This document shows positions 1 to 5,157 of a stretch of 11,718 nt of DNA, in pieces. The translations under genes and the position numbers were made by a program. Every line of letters begins with the position of its first letter. Within the stretch, counting starts at the first letter, position 1. Source of the DNA: Nitrospirota bacterium (GTDB lineage: Bacteria > Nitrospirota > Thermodesulfovibrionia > Thermodesulfovibrionales > Dissulfurispiraceae); assembly GCA_040758355.1 (NCBI GenBank), contig JBFLWF010000051.1, positions 1 to 11,718 of the forward strand. The letters run 5' to 3'. The notes under the pieces are model-generated. The model worked only from the letters and a program-made list of their open reading frames with translations, searched no databases and was not told the origin of the DNA.

Positions 1-61
1 CAAGTTTTACTGCCTCCTGCCGAAATTCCTTCGTGTACCTTCCATACGGTAACCTTTCCAT
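1..61 (-). CDS. IS3-family transposase OrfA, N-terminus (partial)
   Basis: My translation from ATG at 61: MERLPYGRYTKEFRQEAVKL, matching the HTH_Tnp_1-type 'RYTxEFKxEAVKL' start. GGAGG at 69-73 (minus). Confidence 0.8.
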   Translation of the reverse strand, partial: MERLPYGRYTKEFRQEAVKL

Positions 62-125
62 CTGAACACCTCCGTTAACTTATTTTACCTCAACTTTTGG
101 TGTCCACTTTTCTTATCCTACCTCA
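1..125 (-). mobile_element. IS3-family insertion sequence, left end (continues out of the window to the left)
   Basis: The minus strand from 125 reads TGAGGTAGGATAAGAAAAGTGGACACCAAAAG. The TG start and GTGGACAC core are typical of IS3-family IRL. A GGAGG RBS and an OrfA-like ORF follow. Confidence 0.75.
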
Positions 126-550
126 GACCTCAAGTAGTTGAGGCTGAGCATTGTCCCTCTCTTCCTTAGCTGATTCGATTTTTTTACCAACTGTACCAAG
201 CCTGTCTTGTCTTACCTTTTCATTATAGAAAGCCGCGCTAAATTCATTGAATTCATTATTTAGCATATTTATTCCATCAACACCACTTCGCGACTGCCAA
301 TGCATCCACTCAATAGTTTGCTCATTATTCCAACCATGTTTACGCCCCTCATACATAACAAACTGTGTCATAACATCGTGCTGATTCATTTTGGACAGTG
401 CCTCAGTTCTTTCTGCCCTTTGTAAGTTTCCATAAGATTCGACCAGCCCTAATTTTTCCGCTATGGTAGACAAATCTTTTGTTGCATCTGATGTTTGAGA
501 GACCTCCCTAAAAGCTTTGTTTCGTGCAGACCTGAATGAATCAGAAAGAG
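123..550 (-). pseudogene. Internal fragment of a larger gene, possibly the C-terminal region of an F-type TraG-like conjugation protein
   Basis: The frame stays open upstream of the track's TTG (DSLSDSFRSARNKAFREVSQTSDATKD...) to a stop at 576-578 inside the IS481 fragment. Its TGA (123-125) is the IS3 terminus. The Ser-rich helical sequence and NQHDVMTQFV recall TraG C-termini (weak, from memory). Confidence 0.4.
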
Positions 551-844
551 AATCTCGGAGAGTTTGATAAGGCGCTTAAAAAAGACGGCATACCTCATCT
601 GTTCAGTTATCCAAGATGTCCTAAAATAAATGCTCACATCGAGAGGTATAACAGAACCATACAGGAAGAGTTTATAGATAATCATCTGGACATCATCCAC
701 GACAAGAAGCTGTTTCATCAGGAGCTTGCCGATTATCTGATCTTCTACAATACCAAAAGAGTTCATAAATCACTTAACAAAAAGACACCAATGCAGTTTA
801 TAATTGAAAAAGGAGGAATGTCGCAAAAGTCCTTATCTCGTACA
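548..844 (+). mobile_element. IS481-like element, 3' remnant including right end
   Basis: Integrase-core fragment ending ...ATGTCGCAAAAGTCCTTATCTCGTACA. An ACA terminus is expected for IS481-family (TGT...ACA) ends, and the frame reads through it into flanking DNA. Confidence 0.6.
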
Positions 845-849
845 AAAAC

Positions 850-878
850 TTTTAACGTCGGAACTTTTTTGGTAAAAT
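850..878 (+). promoter_or_regulatory. Candidate extended -10 promoter for the small-gene run
   Basis: TG-G-TAAAAT at 870-878 with a weak -35 (TTTAAC, 851-856). Confidence 0.35.
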
Positions 879-897
879 ACGACAGAGGATTGATGAT

Positions 898-957
898 ATG
901 AAATTCCTTTTTCTCTATGGTGAAATTAAAAAGTTCATATCGGGCAAGTCCGTATGA
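898..957 (+). CDS. Possible 19-aa peptide MKFLFLYGEIKKFISGKSV
   Basis: AGAGGA upstream. The stop overlaps the next start as ATGA (954-957). Confidence 0.25.
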   Translation: MKFLFLYGEIKKFISGKSV

Positions 958-1172
958 GAAAGCAATATAAAAAGAAAAAAAGGTCATGCAAGCTTTGTAA
1001 GCCTCATAAAATGGGTATTGAAAAAAGATGGAAACCGCAAGAAGCCGAACAGATAAGGATTGCTGAAAAACAAATAAGAAGCATAGCAAATAATATTGAG
1101 GAAAGTGTTTTAGAGTGGGTTGAGGCTGAACAAGCTTGGAGTGAGCTATTAAAAGAAAGAGATAGATTCTAA
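954..1172 (+). CDS. Small basic protein with a CxxCKPHK motif
   Basis: 72 aa. Lys/Arg-rich N-terminus, SCKLCKPHKMG, acidic helical C-terminus. Confidence 0.6.
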   Translation: MRKQYKKKKRSCKLCKPHKMGIEKRWKPQEAEQIRIAEKQIRSIANNIEESVLEWVEAEQAWSELLKERDRF

Positions 1173-1191
1173 CAATTATGCGGAGTAAATA

Positions 1192-1389
1192 ATGTTGAAA
1201 AAAGTATTTTTTGATAAAGAACAGCACAAGGTGCATTTCTTTTACGGCTTGCCGTTGCCGGAAGCCGACCATTTAGACGAATATATTGTCGATGAATTCA
1301 CGCTGGAAAGCGTTTTAGGCTTTATGGTTAATACTGCAAGTTTTGTAGAAAAAAGGATTGTAGATGCCAAAGGGAGGATAGAGGACTGA
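1192..1389 (+). CDS. Hypothetical protein (65 aa)
   Basis: GGAG RBS at ~1182-1185; tightly packed in the + strand run. Confidence 0.6.
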   Translation: MLKKVFFDKEQHKVHFFYGLPLPEADHLDEYIVDEFTLESVLGFMVNTASFVEKRIVDAKGRIED

Positions 1390-1390
1390 A

Positions 1391-1486
1391 ATGAATTACT
1401 GGAGCAGAGAAAATAGCTGGATGGAAATAATAGGGGCATGGGCTATAACCTTTATTCTTTTTTCAATTACGCTTTTCATCAATTAA
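1391..1486 (+). CDS. Small membrane peptide MNYWSRENSWMEIIGAWAITFILFSITLFIN (possibly frameshifted)
   Basis: GAGGA at 1381-1385 and one hydrophobic segment. Removing one A near 1481 would give the basic tail ...LFIIKKSKA*, like its neighbours. Confidence 0.45.
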   Translation: MNYWSRENSWMEIIGAWAITFILFSITLFIN

Positions 1487-1514
1487 GAAGAGTAAGGCGT
1501 AGACGGATAATTCA

Positions 1515-1631
1515 ATGATGGAAGCAGTATTGGTCATACTTATAGGCACAGCAGTGATGGTAGGGATTTATCTGATAGCCCTCGGGCATTACGAAAAGAC
1601 GCATCCGAAGACAAAGAAGCAGAGAAAGTAA
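1515..1631 (+). CDS. Single-TM microprotein, paralog 1 (38 aa; module A, short tail)
   Basis: MMEAVLVILIGTAVMVGIYLIALGHYEKTHPKTKKQRK*; colinear with the 2950-3171 paralog. Not in the ORF track. Confidence 0.75.
   Translation: MMEAVLVILIGTAVMVGIYLIALGHYEKTHPKTKKQRK
1518..1619 (+). repeat. Direct repeat A, copy 1 (copy 2 at 2956-3057)
   Basis: 35 bp exact (1518-1552 = 2956-2990), then 32 bp divergent, then 25 bp exact (1585-1609 = 3023-3047). Confidence 0.95.
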
Positions 1632-1635
1632 AAAG

Positions 1636-1851
1636 ATGGTAGGCATTTATTTTATTTTTGCGGCTGTACTGATAATAGCTCTCTGGGGTCTTATCGTTGC
1701 TTACAGGGAAGATCGACTAGAAGCTAAAAAGGAGCAGGAAAAAGAAGATAAATTAGAAAAGATAGAACGAGTATTGAAGGTATATGCCCAGAAAAACCAG
1801 GATATGGCAGAGGCGATAAAGAAGGCAGGCTTTAATTTATTTGGGGAGTAA
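1636..1851 (+). CDS. Single-TM microprotein, paralog 2 (71 aa; module B + tail C)
   Basis: N-terminal TM helix, YRED, then the tail EDKLEKIERVLKVYAQKNQDMAEA shared with 2950-3171. Confidence 0.8.
   Translation: MVGIYFIFAAVLIIALWGLIVAYREDRLEAKKEQEKEDKLEKIERVLKVYAQKNQDMAEAIKKAGFNLFGE
1747..1814 (+). repeat. Direct repeat C, copy 1 (68 bp exact; copy 2 at 3079-3146)
   Basis: GATAAATTAGAAAAGATAGAACGAGTATTGAAGGTATATGCCCAGAAAAACCAGGATATGGCAGAGGC. Confidence 0.95.
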
Positions 1852-1855
1852 AAAA

Positions 1856-2056
1856 ATGGACATTGAAGAAGTTACAGAAAAACTGGCCAGAAGATTGACA
1901 GATGTTGTCCTTAAAGAAAAAGGAAAATTCGATATTGAAGATATATTAATAAAAATTGAGGGCGATATAAAACAAATCAAAATAATGCTTGCTGTTGCTA
2001 CTGGCTTGACTATTTGCATTTTTTTTATGGTAATGAAATCGCTGTTGGCGATCTAA
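1856..2056 (+). CDS. Coiled-coil protein with a C-terminal TM anchor, DUF1640/CCDC90-like
   Basis: KIEGDIKQIKIMLAVATGLTICIFF resembles the 'KxEGExxLxKWMLG+TM' end of this family. The ATG at 1856 has a GGGGAG RBS. Confidence 0.55.
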   Translation: MDIEEVTEKLARRLTDVVLKEKGKFDIEDILIKIEGDIKQIKIMLAVATGLTICIFFMVMKSLLAI

Positions 2057-2082
2057 ATGCCAAGGAAAAAAGGATGGATTAA

Positions 2083-2340
2083 ATGAGAACGAGCAATTCA
2101 TTAATAACCTCTGATTTTGAAATGGCAGTTAAAAGTCTGATTAAGAACAGAAAAGACGCCAGAGACTACCTAAACACAATTGAACGGTCTTTGAACTCGG
2201 TTTATCAAACTATTGACGAAATTTCTGTACGGAAAAGTCTTGATGAAAATACCACGGATGAAGTTAAAATGCTTATAACTCCTTATTTATTGCTAAGCGT
2301 ACTGTCAAGGCTTGTTCAACAGACTGGAGGAGACAAATAA
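2083..2340 (+). CDS. Hypothetical helical protein (85 aa)
   Basis: AAGGATGGA upstream; amphipathic helical pattern. Confidence 0.6.
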   Translation: MRTSNSLITSDFEMAVKSLIKNRKDARDYLNTIERSLNSVYQTIDEISVRKSLDENTTDEVKMLITPYLLLSVLSRLVQQTGGDK

Positions 2341-2369
2341 CATGATAAGAACAAAACCATCTTACTACC

Positions 2370-2432
2370 TTTAATATCCGCCGCGATGCCAACAAAAAAG
2401 AAAGGGGTATTTATGAGCAGGAAAAAGCTTAA
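2370..2432 (+). pseudogene. C-terminal remnant of a BrnT-family toxin
   Basis: CGC GAT GCC AAC AAA AAA GAA AGG GGT ATT TAT GAG CAG GAA AAA GCT TAA = RDANKKERGIYEQEKA*, preceded out of frame by ATA TCC GCC (ISA). This matches the BrnT ISAR...KER..YE terminus and overlaps the antitoxin start. Confidence 0.7.
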
Positions 2433-2696
2433 ACCAATACCTAAATTTAAATCTGAAGATGAAGAGCGTGAGTTCTGGGCGACTCACGATACAACAAAAT
2501 ACCTTGACTGGTCAAAGGCAGTAAAGGCGAAATTCCCTAACCTTAAGCTTTCCACAAGGTCTATATCGCTTAGATTGCCGGTGTCCCTACTTGAGGAGAT
2601 ATCAAGATCGAGGCTAATAAAAAGGACGTGCCATACCAGTCTCTTATTAAGGTATGGCTTGCCGAAAAAGTACAAAAGAAAGCATTCGCGAAATAA
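2413..2696 (+). pseudogene. Frameshifted BrnA/CopG-family antitoxin
   Basis: MSRKKLKPIPKFKSEDEEREFWATHD...SISLRLPVSLLEEI, then an extra AT at 2599-2602 (GAGATATCAAG). The other frame continues KIEANKKDVPYQSLIKVWLAEKV...*. Repaired length is 93 aa. Confidence 0.9.
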
Positions 2697-2758
2697 AATA
2701 TCATGTCAGCTTTCAGCCGCAAACCTCAAACGAAAAGAATCATACAATTACTGCTCTA

Positions 2759-2804
2759 AAGGAGGTTTATGAGGCTGAAGATCGTTTTGGCCAAAGGGCG
2801 TTGA
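2759..2804 (+). pseudogene. Possible N-terminal stub of a HicB-like antitoxin
   Basis: A perfect AAGGAGG RBS precedes ATG 2769 (MRLKIVL, a HicB-like start), which stops after 11 codons. Confidence 0.3.
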
Positions 2805-2949
2805 TTTATGTTTGTGCTGACGGGGAGCGATATATAAATTCAGCTATCGAAAATACAGAAAAAAATTTAAAAAATATACGGCGTATTTATTTTTGTGGGG
2901 TTTAGCGAGGCTTTTTAATACCCCCTCTCCTGAAAAGAGATGTAATGAC

Positions 2950-3171
2950 ATGGAAATGGAAGCAGTATTGGTCATACTTATAGGCACAGCTATAATAATT
3001 ACAGGTTCTTTGCTGTTTCTTAGGCATTACGAAAAGACGCATCCGAAAACAAATAAGATGCAGGATCGGAAGAAAGAGGATAAATTAGAAAAGATAGAAC
3101 GAGTATTGAAGGTATATGCCCAGAAAAACCAGGATATGGCAGAGGCTTTAAGGCATGTAGGACTATTATAA
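2950..3171 (+). CDS. Single-TM microprotein, paralog 3 (module A + tail C)
   Basis: MEMEAVLVILIGTAIIITGSLLFLRHYEKTHPK...EDKLEKIERVLKVYAQKNQDMAEALRHVGLL. Start placed at 2950/2956 by homology to paralog 1. Confidence 0.8.
   Translation: MEMEAVLVILIGTAIIITGSLLFLRHYEKTHPKTNKMQDRKKEDKLEKIERVLKVYAQKNQDMAEALRHVGLL
2956..3057 (+). repeat. Direct repeat A, copy 2
   Basis: Ungapped and colinear with 1518-1619. Confidence 0.95.
3079..3146 (+). repeat. Direct repeat C, copy 2
   Basis: Identical to 1747-1814. Confidence 0.95.
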
Positions 3172-3185
3172 GCCCTCACAGTTTT

Positions 3186-3194
3186 TGATATAAT
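3186..3194 (+). promoter_or_regulatory. Extended -10 element upstream of paralog 4
   Basis: TG-A-TATAAT, perfect consensus, in intergenic DNA. Confidence 0.45.
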
Positions 3195-3295
3195 TAAATC
3201 AGATTGAGGATCGGTTCCCCGAATTTTTTAGGCCATGAAGAGTAAGAGCATGGTACGGCGGGGCAAGGGGATGAATTATAATCACGGGAATAAAT

Positions 3296-3388
3296 ATGGA
3301 TGGCGTATATGTTATCCTTGCAGGCTTGATTGTTTTGGCGATATGGGCATTTATCATCTCATATCGTGAAGATCATCCTAAAAAATAA
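3296..3388 (+). CDS. Single-TM microprotein, paralog 4 (30 aa; module B, short tail)
   Basis: MDGVYVILAGLIVLAIWAFIISYREDHPKK*. It is 12/26 identical and ungapped to the paralog 2 N-terminus, and ends in HPK like module A. Not in the ORF track. Confidence 0.75.
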   Translation: MDGVYVILAGLIVLAIWAFIISYREDHPKK

Positions 3389-3428
3389 AAACTGAACTCT
3401 AAATAACAAATCTTATCAAAGCGGCTGT

Positions 3429-3720
3429 TATCAAGGAGTTGCACGGATTTCATCCGTCATATGCCAAATGGTTTTAGAATAACTAAACTCATAATAACCC
3501 TGTAATATCAATCAGTTAGCTATCCGGTGCTTTCAAGTTCAGTATTACTTTTGGAAAAATATTATAAATATCAAATAGTTAATTTTTACCTTCCCCTATA
3601 AAACGCCATAAACCTCCCATAAACATCCGTCATATGCCAACTGGATTTTTCGGCATCTGGTGATTTCAAATTTAGTATTGACCCGATCAATACGATATTG
3701 ATTAAGTATTGAGGGATCAA
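3429..3720. promoter_or_regulatory. Structured cis site: three IHF boxes plus direct and inverted repeats (att arm / res / origin candidate)
   Basis: WATCAANNNNTTR at 3429-3441, 3506-3518 and 3569-3581. CATCCGTCATATGCCAA at 3451 and 3624. A 25-mer (21/25) at 3522 and 3655. CCATAAAC at 3606 and 3617. TATTGA cluster at 3675-3712. Confidence 0.55.
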
Positions 3721-3750
3721 GCCGTGCGGAGTCTACCTCATTTAATTGTT

Positions 3751-4218
3751 TTATGAATAATCCTGTTCACTAATTGAAGATAATAACGCAAAGAAAGCCG
3801 AACGAGATTTTTCATTCAATAAAACAGGAGAGCCGGCATTTAAGAAAATTTTTACTGCGTCTTCAGGGTTATGTCTGGATGTAAATGGAACGCGTGATGG
3901 TGAAAAGTAAGTTTTTCCACTCTGCACCGCAGCATCAAGGAGTTGGCGGATTTCTAAATAGCGGGAACGGCGAGCAGCCGTTAAAAGTAATCCATCGAAG
4001 ACCACAAATAAAATACCAATCGCCGGAATTTCAACTTCCGCTAAGGCAGCTAATAAAGGAAGATTTGTTTCTGGGCCATCATCATCGCTCATGTCAGCAG
4101 TTTTTTCTTCTGGAGAAGCGAAAAAAATTATCCGTTTAGTATTTTGGTTTTGAAGGGTCTGGAATAAAGCTTCGAGATTTTCATAAGTTGTTTTGGTTTT
4201 ATATCGCATTACAGACAT
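3751..4218 (-). CDS. Hypothetical protein (155 aa), probably co-transcribed with the XRE gene
   Basis: Strong AAAAGGAGG RBS; starts 40 bp after the XRE stop. Confidence 0.75.
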   Translation of the reverse strand: MSVMRYKTKTTYENLEALFQTLQNQNTKRIIFFASPEEKTADMSDDDGPETNLPLLAALAEVEIPAIGILFVVFDGLLLTAARRSRYLEIRQLLDAAVQSGKTYFSPSRVPFTSRHNPEDAVKIFLNAGSPVLLNEKSRSAFFALLSSISEQDYS

Positions 4219-4258
4219 AAACGCCTCCTTTTAAAATGAAATGACGACTTCAATATTT

Positions 4259-4972
4259 TTATATCGGCAAATCCTTCGATTCTAAGTCGTTTGCAGATAT
4301 TTCATAGAATTCCATAATTTCTAAAATTTCTAAAATTTTATTATGCTTGATTTTGTTAATAATAAATCTTTTAGATTCATCGATCATAGATAAATAATCA
4401 GAAGGAGAAAAAATAAGTTCAGGTGCGACGATAGAAAAAAAGGATTGTATAAATTTGGAAACATTCTCTTTAGGAAAGGGGAAGTTATAGACCCTTTCAA
4501 TATCATTTTCAGATAAGATAATGTCAAGCTTAAGAGGCTTAATATTGGAAGAAATTTGCAAGGCTATTTGTTCGGCAATATCACTATAAATAAAAAGGTA
4601 CTGATGATTTATCTTCAATACAAGAACTGTCTCATTTACTATATATAAATCAGTAATTTTATTTTCCTCGACAAACTGCCGGAGTAGTCTTAAATCTTTA
4701 ATATCTTTGCTTATTAATTTACCCATGTTTGAAAAGAAAACAACATCGGCGGAGAAAATTGGCGGCGTATTGAAATGATAAAATTGTGGAGAGATAAAGA
4801 AAGCATGCTCAATGCTTTTTACAAGATCACTTCTTAGTCTGAATCTCGATGATTCGATCATTGCAATATTTCTTTGCTTAACACCGAAAAGCGCGGCAAG
4901 GTCATCTTGAACCAATCCATTAAATAGACGAAAGAGCCTTAAAAAGTTTTCAGGTTTTGTAGGTGGCTGCAT
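4259..4972 (-). CDS. XRE/Cro-CI-type HTH regulator with an unknown C-terminal domain
   Basis: LRLFRLFNGLVQDDLAALFGVKQRNIAMIESSR fits the HTH_XRE pattern; divergent, repressor-like position. Confidence 0.8.
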   Translation of the reverse strand: MQPPTKPENFLRLFRLFNGLVQDDLAALFGVKQRNIAMIESSRFRLRSDLVKSIEHAFFISPQFYHFNTPPIFSADVVFFSNMGKLISKDIKDLRLLRQFVEENKITDLYIVNETVLVLKINHQYLFIYSDIAEQIALQISSNIKPLKLDIILSENDIERVYNFPFPKENVSKFIQSFFSIVAPELIFSPSDYLSMIDESKRFIINKIKHNKILEILEIMEFYEISANDLESKDLPI

Positions 4973-4977
4973 GTAAT

Positions 4978-5006
4978 AGAATACAATAGAACATTTTAAA
5001 ACGCAA
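4978..5006 (-). promoter_or_regulatory. Leftward promoter for the XRE gene (leaderless)
   Basis: TTGCGT (5006-5001), 17 bp, TATTCT (4983-4978), 5 nt, ATG. No RBS. Confidence 0.6.
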
Positions 5007-5059
5007 GAGGCGCACTATTTTTTAAAAAGGATAAAAACATATAAATACAAAAAAACCTC

Positions 5060-5109
5060 TTGACATGGCCCGTAATACCATGTAATACTACATTATATCA
5101 CATGGTATT
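5060..5109 (+). promoter_or_regulatory. Rightward promoter with an overlapping operator-like inverted repeat
   Basis: TTGACA at 5060-5065 and TGt-AATACT at 5081-5089. Perfect IR AATACCATGT (5074-5083) / ACATGGTATT (5100-5109). GTAATAC x2 at a 10-bp period. Confidence 0.6.
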
Positions 5110-5146
5110 TCCCGCCGGCCCTGGCGCCAACCTGTCCGGCGGGAAA
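5108..5146 (+). promoter_or_regulatory. GC-rich 5' UTR hairpin abutting the RBS
   Basis: TTTCCCGCCGG / CCGGCGGGAAA, an 11-bp perfect stem with a 17-nt loop. AAGGAGG follows immediately. Confidence 0.55.
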
Positions 5147-5157
5147 AGGAGGCCAGC

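Larger units (their letters stand above)
536..901 (+). pseudogene. Truncated IS481-like DDE transposase (integrase core, C-terminal half)
   Basis: ENLGEFDKALKKDGIPHLFSYPRCPKINAHIERYNRTIQEEF...YNTKRVHKSLNKKTP retains the catalytic E and the YN..R.H.SL...TP motif. It lacks the HTH and both Asp residues (the expected TDNG is missing). Confidence 0.85.

Noticed and set aside
1167..1200. attC-like TTCTAAC...GTTGAAA between two small ORFs
   Set aside because: Too short, imperfect R boxes, and not repeated between the other ORFs.
461..1439. Minus-strand ORFs 461-766, 763-1272 and 1242-1439
   Set aside because: Shadows of the transposase fragment and the + strand small genes.
2386..2905. Track ORFs 2386-2772 and 2654-2905
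   Set aside because: They are explained by the frameshifted antitoxin and adjacent debris; the true start is 2413.
1518..3057. Repeat A as a DGR TR/VR pair or CRISPR repeat-spacer unit
   Set aside because: Many mismatches involve no adenine in either copy and there is no reverse transcriptase in view. The two flanks of the 32-bp segment differ from each other and are protein-coding.
3443..3457. ACGGAT-TTC-ATCCGT hairpin as a terminator
   Set aside because: 6-bp stem with no U tract; it overlaps motif X of the structured site.
3721..3738. GTGCGGAGTCTA as an R388-like nic site
   Set aside because: It needs a gap to align, lacks the adjacent hairpin and lies 4.8 kb from the relaxase.
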